DNA from: Azolla caroliniana
Taxonomy: Eukaryota > Plantae > Polypodiophyta
Reading direction: 5' to 3'
DNA: 64,000 nt
Assembly (NCBI GenBank): GCA_043228905.1
Contig: JBHGNT010000013.1
Span: 3,906,001-3,970,000, forward strand
The notes beneath the pieces were generated by a model. That model was not told where the DNA came from and did not search any database. It worked only from the letters and a program-made list of their open reading frames with translations. Positions 13,533-26,000 of the stretch are shown here, piece by piece (within the stretch, counting starts at the first letter, position 1; every line of letters starts with the position of its first letter). The translations under genes were made by a program, and so were the position numbers.

Positions 13533-16172
13533 TTACGTCTCATCCTCATCATCAGTGGCAATCAAAGCATTATCCTCATCCAATTCCAACCCAACATCTT
13601 TGTGGTTATGAGAATTGCTTCTGGTTATTCTTTGTATTTCGTTTGACACCATGTTTGGGATTTTCTCCTTTATTATCTTGATAGTTGCTTGTCTTAGATG
13701 ACCTGATTTTGTCAATGAGAAGTCATATACTAGTATGTCAACACGGTCTAGTGCGAGAGTAGCCGTGCTCGGTATATTCTTTCTTCTTCTCTTTCTGCTT
13801 GAACATCCGACATCCTTAACCATCTCTAAAGAATACTTTCCTGTAAATGCATCAGTTGAATTTGTCTGATACCAATGGACTACTATTGACTTTGTCTGAC
13901 TACTTTCTTCATCTCTTACTAATTCAATAATTTTTGCAATCCAAAATGGATGGCCCAAGGTATCGTCCCCTGCTAATGTTGCAACCAACATTCCCACTTG
14001 TAGTTCTTGCAAATTACCTTGCCATCTTGCCTCAACAGTACGTGACTTTCTTGGTCCCACATAAATATCTCTTTGCAGTGGCCGAACTAAATCATGAAGC
14101 TCCATATTATTCGATTGTTGGTGATGAGTCTACGATATCGTTGATGTCATCCCAATGTTCCATGTGAATGGGATACGGATTGGCCATAAACCGGCGATGT
14201 AATTATCTAAAATGGTGCATTGATGGGTGAAGAAAATCTCCCACCATTCAACATCCTCATCACCGGCATACTTCTTAGTCTGATCAATATTATTTTGTTT
14301 CTCTGCTAGACATCTCAACCAATATGCCCTTTGTTCATCAATAGTACTATTTGGTGCTACATTTTTACGATCATCATATGGCATTTGTTGTGCACCATGT
14401 AGAGGTTCATCTGGGATATGAAGAAGGAGCCTACAACCTTCTTGGGGCTCCCATTGTGCACTAGATGAGTATTGTTTCGCAAACAACACCGTCATCTTCA
14501 GGTGGGCCGATCTTTGTTTTATGAGGAAGACATGGTTGAAACTTATATTATTAAGAGGTGCAAGCACCCTACCTTTAGTCCCGTCACTATCCATGCAAAA
14601 ACGTTTAAAGTCGTATACTTCTTCCAAGTGTTGTACTTCAGGCTTTGGTGTATATGCTTCACTAATCAATTTGGATAGCGTGGGAAGTGTGAAAGCATTA
14701 CAACGAGCAAGTTTCTTTGAGAACCTACTGAACATTTGATCTATGTGATCATGGGTATGACCAACCAACAAGAAGTTAACCTTTATCTTTTTAAATATGC
14801 CCCTCTCTACTAGCATGCTTAGATAGCCGAAGACAGTTGAGTTCTTATTCTCTCTTGCTATGTTGTCTAGTTGCACATATAGAACTGGCGGGAGTATACC
14901 TGACCATGATTGCAATACCCTGTGCATGACAGTGACAGTATGATTAGGGTCGTTGTGGATATTGGGATAAGTTAAGAACACTTGCGGTCTTATAGTTTGA
15001 CAATATGTCAAACAACCCACTAGATGCATTTGCACGAGACACTCATCTCCAATATCCTTGGGGAGTCTTTGAAAATGCGGCAAACAAGTTTTATTTTGAT
15101 CCATGCCGTCAATAATCATGCACATATACTTTTCGGGAGATTGAAACGCTTTTTGTCGGTGATGCATAGCCTTAGTACGTTCCAATGCCTGACTTTCACG
15201 ATGTTCTTTTAACAGGTTCTTGTAATTCTTGATCTCTACATCTGATTTTCCACCCTTGGCCATACTTTTTAAACTCGCACATATTGAGCAGACTCCCATT
15301 CGCACCTTTCGTGGGATAACCACGTTATTAAATTGTAACCTCCATAGTCGATTAAAATGCCTGTATTGTATGTAAGGCTCAACATCGGAAGACATGTCGT
15401 CCTTGTACGATTGGTAAACTTCCCTTCGAGTAAAGTTATCTGACAAATGAAGTCTTCCTGTCGTTGGCATAACTTCGCACTGTTTTGAAAAATATACCTC
15501 CATCCACCTAATTGCCTGTTGCCCAATTTGACCCTTACATCCAGAACCATTTTGATCGAATTGTACCCAGGAGCCCTTCACAAGTCGCTCTTGAACTCGT
15601 TGCAGCCGCATATTTCCAATGCTATGAGTGATTTTAAAAGCTGCTCGACAACACTTGGTATATAGTCCAAGGAAATATTCAACTGGCGTTGAATTAGGCC
15701 CTGCTTTGTGATCCAATTTAAGTTGCATATGCGAAAGAAGAAATGTATCTTGCTCTTCCCCATTAAGCGACAAGTATTTTTGTCGTGTTTCACGTAACCT
15801 TGACTTTCCATAAGTTGATAAATAGAGATTCGCACAACACGATTTGTTCAAGTCGCATAGAAGTTGACGATCAGAACATAATAAATTAAATCTCTTTTCA
15901 CTAACTTGTCGAGGAACTCTTTTAAATGCTAGAGGTTTAGTAATGCTATTGTTATCTATCGACGAAGAATCGTCCGCTTGTAAGCTTGCATGAAGAGGGC
16001 CATCAACAGGATCAATTGAAAACAGAGAATTCGAAGTACTAGGAGCCACACTTTTCTGTTTAAGCTGCGAATGTTTTTTGTGGTCGTACTCTTCTATTGA
16101 GAAATACGAGTTATCTAACAATGAAAAGGGGGCAATAGAAAAAAGAGATGTTCTACTTGTAGAAGAAGACAT
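13533..16172 (-). pseudogene. Sola1-like DDD transposase (~880 aa) with one in-frame TAG at 14130-14132
   Basis: Motifs CSIC, MIIDGMDQ, YVQLDNIARENKN, FLLVGHTHDHIDQMFS. The 680-aa and 190-aa ORFs share a frame and are split by a single TAG. No intron needed. Confidence 0.8.
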
Positions 16173-16469
16173 TTGAGGGAGTCTAACTGTATTCTAAAAC
16201 CTTCTTTTGAGAAAATTAAGGAATGCTGAAGCCTAACTATATAACTACCCGAACACTTAGATTAACTATATTATTTTCCGAAATTTTCTTAAAAAACAAA
16301 TAATTAAAAATTATTTTTTATTTTAAAAAGAATGCTAAAGTCTTCTATATAAGGAGGTTAGAATTTTCATTTTCATTATCACGTGAAAGAATCCATCGAG
16401 CTCAGAGCACAGGCCAATTTTCGAGCACTCAAAAGCACATCGTGGACAACACTACCTCCGACACGAACC
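16173..16469. promoter_or_regulatory. putative bidirectional promoter between transposase and methyltransferase genes
   Basis: 297-bp AT-rich interval between divergent ATGs, with TATA-like tctatataag near 16345. Confidence 0.5.
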
Positions 16470-19400
16470 ATGAACAAGGGAAAGAAAATCGTCAGGTTAG
16501 TAATATTTATTACATTTTTTAAGATTCCTAAAGATTCCTTAAAGATTCCTTTCCTCAACACATAGAAATTTTATTTTATTTTGTACAACGAACTTGGAAA
16601 GCAATTCTGAAAGCCAGGACCTTCAACCAAAATCCGATGCAGATGACTTTCAACCGAAATCTGATGCACTGCATCGGATTTTGGTTGAAAAAAATGATGT
16701 TTTTGCGATAAAAAACTATCGCATGGGACCATAAAATTGACGTAATTTAAATGATAATTTGCGTGATTTAGATGAAATTGTACGTTGTTTCTATGTTTTC
16801 ACCAACGTTTTTAATTTCAGTGAACCCAGACAAAAAGTTCCTTCATTTAGATTGAAGATTCGATCTCCGACAAAACGAGATTCTGGCTCCTTTATGAAGG
16901 ACATGAGTAAAAAGAATTTATTTGACTCAACGGGGGAAGGAGGATACAAGTCATCTGTGGCTACTACCAAAATCAACAAAGGTAGTACGCAAGAGGAGAA
17001 AACGGTTGAGGTGAAATATAAGGATTACCCCGAACTTGAATGGTGTCTCTCTTATGTCGAGGAGGATGGGGTGCTGTTATTGATAATGGCAAAATCGGAC
17101 GGGGAAGGGAAACTTCAGCTTGGAAAAACATTTAATTACGGGCATGTAACCAAGCTAGAGTACGAAGACATTGATTCTACATGTATTTTAATCGACGTCT
17201 CGAGCTCAGTTGGCGACAGGCGATTGCGACTTGATGAGGGAAACGTAGTACCCGAATCTTGCAATCCCAAGGCTTTGCGTAAAGACCTGCAAACGAAAAG
17301 TAACTTGTTGGTAGCTCTTCGGCCGTACGTGACAGGAGAGATGATGACCGGTGAAGCAGAAACTCCACCGAAAAAGTCTAGGAAGACAAATCCTGTTCAA
17401 AAGAAATATACTAAACGACCACGACCCGAAGAAGAAGAAGAAGAAATATTAGAGTTCGTGGAAGAAGAAGACGACCAACAAGTCGACGTCGTGGCTCCAG
17501 GCGGACAACTATCTTCTGGTGTCTTGACGTCAGAACAAAATAAAATAAGAGAAAATATTGTGAAGACTAAACTTGTGCGCAGGGGCCAGCTATTTCATTT
17601 GCCCATTACTTCTATCCAAAGGCCCCCCATTGACCCCGTGACTGGAAGACGTCCCTTGGAAATTAGGGAGCCGCACTCCGTCCATGTGCAAAACCTGAAA
17701 AGCAAAATGAAAATCAATCCTCACGCTACTGTGGTGCCATTTTTGGTAATGGTTAATCAAGAACAATGCCCAACAGTAGCAGATTTCAAGTATAGCTCTG
17801 CAGACGATTACACATTCTATGTAATCAGAGGATCACATTCGGCCGAAGCTCGACGACAGCTTGTCAAAGAATATCCTCTCACGCCGTTCTTCAAATACGC
17901 TGAATGTAAGGTATATGCAGGACTAACTCATGAGGAGGCGAAGCTGCTCGCATGGGACCATAACAATGACAACGATTATAGGCAAAAGATGTCATGTATA
18001 GAGAGGATAAGATTTTTTCATCATGAATACCTCGATGCCTTGAATCGTTTTGGTCCAAGATTGTGGCCTGGATTGCGACGTCAGTGTTTATTGGAAGTAG
18101 GGATTGCAGTGGATGAGAGTACGAAATCCGAAGGTCTCCGAAAATATGATTCTTGGTTTCAACTAGCTTTTCGGACCAGAGAGGTGTGGGATCTCCAAGA
18201 CAAAATATTCTCTATGTGGGAGCGGAAAGAAGTCAAGGGGCAAAGATCAAAAAAGGGAAGAATTGATCCACAAGTTGAGATGAAATCAAAGACCAAGGGA
18301 AAAAGCGACTTGGTAATCGAGGAGTTACCAGAGGACATGAAACTTTTACCTTGGAGATCATTACAAGGTATCAAGGATGGTAGATTGTTAATATCCGTGC
18401 TATCTCGAGTGGTCGCCAAGGAATTTAGTTTGGACGAGATGGTAACAGACTTGCAAAAGTAAGTGTTTATAGTATACCTTTTCATGAAAGTCTTCAATTA
18501 TTTTGAATATCTTATTTCTAATTTCATATTGATTGTGCAGTCACAAGGTATACATGAAGATTTAGGAGTTGATGATGCAAAAACTGAGTTTTACTGACAT
18601 GGGAAGAAGTTGAACAAGTCTGCCCGATAACTTCTTCCTACAAGGCATTGGAGGAATATTTTATTGTATTTAGAGAATGGGTATGTGTCTTTTGAATGTT
18701 GATATGTTAGAAAGTAATGTTCCTTACTAACAACAATGACACTTGCAGAAACCATCAAAATCGAAAAAGAACGACGACAATAATGACGGTATTCCAGCGA
18801 CCTTCATCACGCACTTAGAATGTGCAAAATATGAGAAGAGAATGACCAAAGGGAAGGAAATGGAACTGCCCGAGGATTCGGAGACTGTAAAGAGTTTTTT
18901 GCATAGGTCCGATCCTTTCAAACAACGTCATTATAGTGTTTTCAATGGCAAAGTATCCCAGATGCTCGAACTGTTACCGAGAAGGCACTACACTTTGCTG
19001 ATAGCTGACATACCATATGGTTTCCGTATGGCGGGATCAACATATGATGATATGCCTTTCAAGTACCCTCAGATCGAGAAAATGGTAAGGATTTCGCAGA
19101 ACTGACATTGGCCCCCTTGTGGAGGATAGTCATATTTCATAGCATGGGGCAATCACTGTCAGTCACAACAGCTTTGAAGTCCCGTTGTCATGCCACTGAA
19201 CACATGCATTGGTGCGTTATAGTTCGCTTTTACTCATTACAGTACTTCTTATTATATGTACACATTTACACCTCTAATACTTGATTTTCTTTCTCTATAG
19301 GATCAAAACAAATATTACACGTAGCTTTGGCGATCGAATGGTTAGTGCGGTCGAACATTTTTGTGTGGGCTACTATGATTCAATTACAAAGAAGAAGGCT

Positions 19401-20030
19401 AGAGCACATGTCAATGAGCGTAACGTGGTTAACTACATCATGTGCCCAGCTGTAACCAAAAAATTAAGACATGTGTCAGGGGATAAAAGTATGGTGAACC
19501 CTTATCAAAAACCTCAAAGATTGATCAACCGCCTCATAGAGCTCTTCTCGAATCTAGATGATTGGGTCCTTGACTTGTTCTCTGGCACAGGTATAATATA
19601 TATATTTAATTTCAATCTTGTCTATCAAGTTTAAGACGTTACTTCTTATATTTATTTTTTTGTGTTCATGCGACCATTAGGTACAACGACAACTTGTGCA
19701 TTGAAGATGTTTAGAAACTGTGTTGCATTGGAGAAGGACCCTGCTCAAGTTAACTTCATCAAAATGAGGATCACAGGAATCTGGGACTGTTTAGACCAGG
19801 ATCAAGAAGTCGGAGCAAAACACATCAACGAGATAGAGATGTTCCAGATGACTTCACGAGAACCAATGGAACCAATTGATGAAGAAGCAGGGGAGCTGGT
19901 GGACCTGGAAGATGTAGCACAGTTTGACCATACATCAGATTCGGGAGAGCTTGGAGATGACCCGAATGAAAACAGTCTAGAACAATCAGCGCCAGAGGAG
20001 CCTGCTCTGCCTGATTTGCTTATAAATTGA
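16470..20030 (+). pseudogene. six-exon gene: ParB/Srx-like domain fused to beta-class N6A/N4C DNA methyltransferase (~970 aa); one stop and two frameshifts
   Basis: Exons 16470-16495, 16821-18458, 18541-18680, 18749-19211, 19301-19590, 19681-20030; all introns GT-AG, with branch point TACTAAC near 18725. Motifs LLIADIPYG (motif IV), NPYQKPQRLINRLIELFS and, after splicing, WVLDLFSGTGTTTTCALKMFRNCVALEKD (motif I). ParB-like YVIRGSHSAEARRQL...GLTHEEAKLLAWDHN in exon 2. Confidence 0.82.
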
Positions 20031-21991
20031 TGTAGATGGCGTAATGTAAAAATTGAGGATTTTGAGGCATAATGTTCACCATCACTTCATATTATATTTG
20101 TATATGAGAACATCTGTAATTGTTTATCGTTTAATTAAATTCACCTGTTCATAATTTCCCTTTTTAATCATTATTGGAACCGTTGTTTGTATTTACATAT
20201 AATTGGTCACCATGCTCTTCTTCAGTTTGAGATATTAACATGATATTGTAATTTCTCATTTCCGTTAGCATGACTGTATATAAAAAGGCGAATGTTTTTG
20301 ATAATAAGAGGTTTTTAGTTACCTACGGTTCAAGTCTACTGGTTCCACATAGTATAAATGAATGTCGTACGTAATTGTTACTCTTACCAATTACATTGTC
20401 ATGAACTATATGATATTATACAATGAAACTATCGATATACCCGTCCAACAAGTGGGGTACTACTTTATTCCTAAACCCAAAACCACATATTTATAATTAC
20501 GGTTTATGTAGTTTTACTCTACAATTTGAATATGGATACCAATTTTAGAACTTTATATTGAACCAAGTCTTCAATTGTGCTCCATGATATGCAAATTGAC
20601 ACGAATGTGGACACATATACAATTTAGTAATTGCTAGGTTTTTTTTGTTCTATATTTAACCATCAAGTCGCAAAAGGGGTACGCATGCATCGTATATTTT
20701 CGATATCAGGCTAAAATAGGGTACTTTTCTACATCTGGCCAACTATGTCAAAAGAGAATACGACATATTACCTGTTTCAAATGACCCGGTGTTATTAGTG
20801 AACAAAATGAAGTAAACCTCACCGGCGAAGAATCAACATGGGTGGTCAATTCAGGTGCATCATTCCACCTGACCCTTGACAAAGGATGCTTCTCATCGTA
20901 CACATCCGATGATCACGATCGTGTGAAGATGAGAAATGAAGGAGCATGTGGAATAGTCCGCATTGGAGATGTGTGTCTGGTAATGTCGATTGGGAGTCGA
21001 GTAGTGTTGAAGAATGTTCGACACGTAGGTTCGACTAAACTTGATATCAACCGGTCAAGTGGATGACGAAGGCTACATGGGTAGCATCCAGAGCGGTGTC
21101 ATGAAGTTTTGAAAGGGGGGTCTGAACATGGCTCGAGCCCAGAAAACCAACACACTGTACTTCATGCATGCTTGTTTATGCCCGGAGGAAGTAAATGTGG
21201 TAGTCGACACAACTAGTGAGTTGTGGCACAAGAGGCTATGCCACATGAGCCAGACGGGGATGCGAAGACTAGCCAATGATAGCCTCATTCCAGGGGTGAA
21301 GAACGTGCAACTTGAGAAGTGCACAAATTTCTTGGGTGGCAAGTAGAATCAAACCTCCTTTGAAACAAGGTCCCCAATGAGGAAGAAGACGTCATTGGAA
21401 CTTGTACATATGGACGTATGCTACGTGGACACAAAGTCTCATGTTGGTTCACAGTACTTTGTGACCTTCATAGACGACTATAGGTGGAAATTGTGGGCTT
21501 CCATGTTGGAGATGAAGGGTCAAGTATTATCCATCTTCAATGAATTCCAAGAGAGAGCCAAGAGAGAAACTGGACGAAAATTGAAGACAGTCCGAGCGGA
21601 TAACAAAGGAGAGAACCGAGGGAAGTTCGAGGAGTACTGGGTGAAAGCATGCGAGTGGAAACAATTAGCTATGTCCTTGACATAGCTAATTAGCTATGCA
21701 AAAAGCTACCATTGATAAATAGTCATTTTAGTAAAAAGCCATCATTAATAAATTAAGTATGCAAAAAACTACCATTGAAAATACTAGAGTGTTTTAATTA
21801 CATATGTAAATGAGTGCCATAAATGTGCAACATAAATTGATGTGTGCACCATAAATGTGTACCATAAATTATATATCGAATTCCTAGGTCCATTATGCAT
21901 GATCCTTTGCCACATCACGTAGGCCATCTCTAGTTGAGTACTGTGGGTTAGTTGCTACCACTGTTGCTAAACCCTATCGAGTCCACCTGCC

Positions 21992-22840
21992 GCCACTCTA
22001 CATTGAGGGGCCGCTACTGTGCGTTCCAAGCATCATCAAAGAGCTGCTCAATCTGACGGGGTTCTCTTCTCTGTGACACTCTACACTCAGGGGCCACTAC
22101 TGTGCATTCCAAGCATCATCAAAGAGCTGTTCAATCTGACGGGGTTCTCTTCTCTGTGCCACTCTACACTCAGGGGCCATTACTGTGCGTTCCAAGCATC
22201 ATCAAAGAGCTGTTCAATCTGAGGGGGTTCTCTTCTCTGTGCCACTCTACACTCAGGGGCCATTACTGTGCGTTCCAAGCATCATCAAAGAGCTGTTCAA
22301 TCTGAGGGGGTTCTCTTCTCTGTGCCACTCTACACTCAGGGGCCACTGCTGTGCGTTCCAAGCATCATCAAAGAGCTATTCAATCTGACGGGGTTCTCTT
22401 CTCTTTGCCACTCTACACTCAGGGGTTGCTACTGTGCGTTCCAAGCATAATCAAAGAGCTATTCAATCTGACGGGGTTCTCTTCTCTTTTCCACTCTCAC
22501 TCAGGGGCCGCTACTGTGCGTTTCAAGCATCATTGGTAACTGTTCAATCTGACGGGGTTCTCTTCTCTTTTCCACTCTCACTCAGGGGCTACTACTGTGC
22601 GTTTCAAGCATCATTGGTAACTGTTCAATCTGACGGGGTTCTCTTCTCTATGCCACTCTATTCGCAAGTGCCTTCTATGTGCGTTTCAAGCATCATCGGT
22701 AACTGTTCAATCTGACGGGGTTCTCTCCTCCATTGCCATCATTCTATACTCAGTTGCCACTACTGTCCAGTCCCGGATTGCTTCCACATTTCGATTTGAC
22801 GGAGTTCACTCATCCAACGGCAACATTCTACACTCAGTTG
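21992..22840. repeat. 83-bp (then 78-bp) tandem repeat upstream of the Sola2-like transposase
   Basis: Unit ccactctacactcaggggccattactgtgcgttccaagcatcatcaaagagctgttcaatctgacggggttctcttctctgtg; about 9-10 copies, decaying toward the 3' end. Confidence 0.95.
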
Positions 22841-23061
22841 TTGCCATTGGTCGGTCTTGGATCGCCTCCTCAACTGTTGGATCCAACAGAGTGAAATCCT
22901 CTACTGTTCGGTCTTGGATTGCAATAACTTTTCTGTCTATTGATTATCTTGTGTATTGTTGTGTCTAATCTTGTGTATTGTGTGGAATATTTTTGTGTAT
23001 TGTTGTTGCCCATAGCCATCTTTAATACTTGTTTTTTTTTCTAGAAATTTAGGGTTTTAAC

Positions 23062-26000
23062 ATGTCTAGCCAAATGGAAGGGGAAGAAGGGTGTTTAGAA
23101 TTACCCCTCAATGATCATAAGGATAGGGATGATGTTATCAGGACACAACAAGCCATACGAAACTATTGGGCAGAAAAAAAAAGGAAACATCGTCAATTGT
23201 TGAAGGATACGAAAGCCACACTCAATAAAGGTAAGGATAGTTTAGCTGAGAATGTAAGTAATGCGACTACCATCATAGAGAGAAAGGTTGTAGACTATTT
23301 CAATGTTCAAACCAAGCACATCAGCAATGAAGAAAAGAAGGTAGTACTTTATGGAATATGTAATGATCCATCGATAAAGGACTTAGTTGATTGTGATGGT
23401 CTTAATGCAAACATATCATCTATTTTAGTAAATAATCTTCGTAATAGTTTCGTATCCATGAGCAGGTCAGAAGATGATCTTGTCTTAAAAAGGTCTAGTC
23501 TAATGATGTTACTTAATAGTGATGTTGACGATATAAACATCAGTGAGCTATCTAAGGTAATTGGTGTTAGTAGAAAAACAGTGTACAATACAATGAACCG
23601 TATAATTTCCTCGGGTGAAGGAACTAGTCTACTAAAGCTAACTACAAGATGTAAGCCAATGACACCCATAACATTTGAAATCAAGGATGTAATCACAATG
23701 TTTTGGACTAATGAGAGTAGGGTTTCACCCAATAAAAAGGATTTATGCAGGAAACGTGTTGGAAGAAATCAATACGAGGAGCATCCCATTCATCTTCTTG
23801 ATGTACCTCAGGTTTTTACATTTATCTCAACATTTGTTTTGACTCTACTCGGAAAGTTAATTAGCTCAGTTAGCAGAAAAGCTAATTAGCTTATCAATTA
23901 CATTTACCTCAGTTAGCTACTAGGATCGCTACTACATAGGTAACTAGCTACTCTCAATAGTTACTACCATGATAGCTAATTAGCTATTCTCAATAGCTAA
24001 TTTAGGTACTACCAGATAATTAGCTGTACTGCTAGCTAGTTAGCTATCATGGTAGCTAGTTAGCTATTTCGTTATTACCAACTAATTAGCTACTAGGAAA
24101 GCTAATTAGCTACCATGATAGCTAATTAGCTACTATGATAGCTACTACATAGGTAACTGGCTACTCTCAATAGCTACTACCATGATAGCTAATTAGTTAG
24201 GATAGCTAATTAGCCAGCATTATAGCTAATTAGCTACTAGACCAACTAATTAGCTACCATGATAGCTAATTAGTTACTAGGACAGCTAATTAGCCACCGT
24301 GATAGCTAATTAGCTACTATACCAGCTAATTAGCTACCATGATAGCTAATTAGTTACTAGGAAAGCTAATCAGCCACCATTATAGCTAATTAGCTACTAG
24401 ACCAGCTAATTAGCTACCACGATAGCTAATTAGCTACTATACCAGCTAATTAGCTACCATGATAGCTAATTAGTTACTAGGAAAGCTAATTAGCCACCAT
24501 GATAGCTAATTAGCTACTAGACAATCTAATTAGCTACCATGATAGCTAATTAGTTACTAGGAAAGCTAATTAGCCACCATGATAGCTAATTAGCTACTAG
24601 AGCAGCTAATTAGCTACCATGATAGCTAATTAGCTACTAGGACAACTAATTAGCTACTAGGACAACTAATTAGCTACCATGATAGCTAATTAGCTACTAC
24701 GACAGCTAATTAGCTACCATGATAGCTAATTAGCTACTAGAATAGCTAATTAGCTACCATGATAGCTAATTAGCTACTACGACAGCTAATTAGCTACCAT
24801 GATAGCTAATTAGCTACTAGGACAACCAATTAGCTACTAGGACAGCTAATTAGCTACCATGATAGCTAATTAGCTACTACGACAGCTAATTAGCTACCAT
24901 GATAGCTAATTAGCTACTAGAATAGCTAATTAGCTACTACAATAGCTAATTAGCTACTACAATAGCTAATTAGCTACCATGATAGCTAATTAGCTACTAC
25001 GACAGCTAATTAGCTACTAGGACAACCAATTAGCTACTAGGACAGCTAATTAGCTACCATGATAGCTAATTAGCTACTAGAATAGCTAACTAGCTACTAG
25101 AATAGCTAACTAGCTACTAGAATAGCTAATTAGCTACTAGGATAGTTAGCTAGTTACGAGAATAACTAATTCCCCTTTATTACGCAGGTCGATTTATTTA
25201 TTAGGTTCAAACGAATGCATCCAACTATCAAAGTTCAACTACGAACATTCGAGTCTCTTAAGCCACACTTTGTGAGACGCTTAAAGGATCGATACACATG
25301 TTGTTGCATTTACCATGTACAGATGGGTTTTCTGAAGGACTCTGTTAATCTACTACGTCACCATAGCGCATCCCTAACTAATACAGTTTGCACATGTGGG
25401 TGCCCAATCTGTCGATCAAGCCCGCAAGAGGAGTGTAAATCATCTGAGCACGTTATCTCTTCCATGAGTTATTTATTAGATTCAATATTGTGTCCGAGAG
25501 AATCTGACGCTATCTTCCATATTCATAAATGTGTCATGGGTTTATGTCAAGATTGTGGCCCTACTAGATTTAGGTGGTGTCCAAATGAATTGAGTAGTGA
25601 AATATTGATCTCTGTGAAGTTATTTGAGTCAGTGAACACCAATTTCGAAGGAAAGGTGTGTAAAAGAAAGGATCTAGTTCGGAAGATGCTTAAACCAAGG
25701 GATTTGGTGTCTCTGTTTGTAGTATCTCTAGGAAAGTTCATTAAACACAACTTCATTTATTCATGGCAGGCCCATCAGTTTAAGACTTGCATATCTGATT
25801 TCCCAAATGATGTAGTAGTCTCAGTAGTAGATTTCGCAGAGAATTATACTTTCAAGCAGCAGAATGAAATTCAATCTATGCATTGGTGTTCAGTTCAGGT
25901 AACCATTTTTGTGCACATAACATATTTTCGAGTTTCAGGTGATGTTAAAAAAGTAATTCATTTCTTTATTTCCGATGATAAGAAGCATGATACCTTGTTC

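Larger units (their letters stand above)
13173..20793. mobile_element. Sola1-like DNA transposon (7.6 kb) carrying a ParB-DNA methyltransferase gene
   Basis: Perfect 32-bp TIRs AACACCGGGTCATTTGAAACAGGTAATATGTC (13173-13204 / 20762-20793). 4-bp TSD ATTA (13169-72 / 20794-97). Excision restores the copia frame EEKLLFISEQNEVNL. Confidence 0.93.

Noticed and set aside
16470-20030. Bacterial contamination or a prophage restriction-modification locus
   Set aside because: The gene has five spliceosomal introns, lies between TIRs with a TSD inside a plant copia element, and has no adjacent nuclease or phage genes
21992-22840. CRISPR-like array
   Set aside because: Whole units repeat with no unique spacers, there are no cas genes, and the context is eukaryotic
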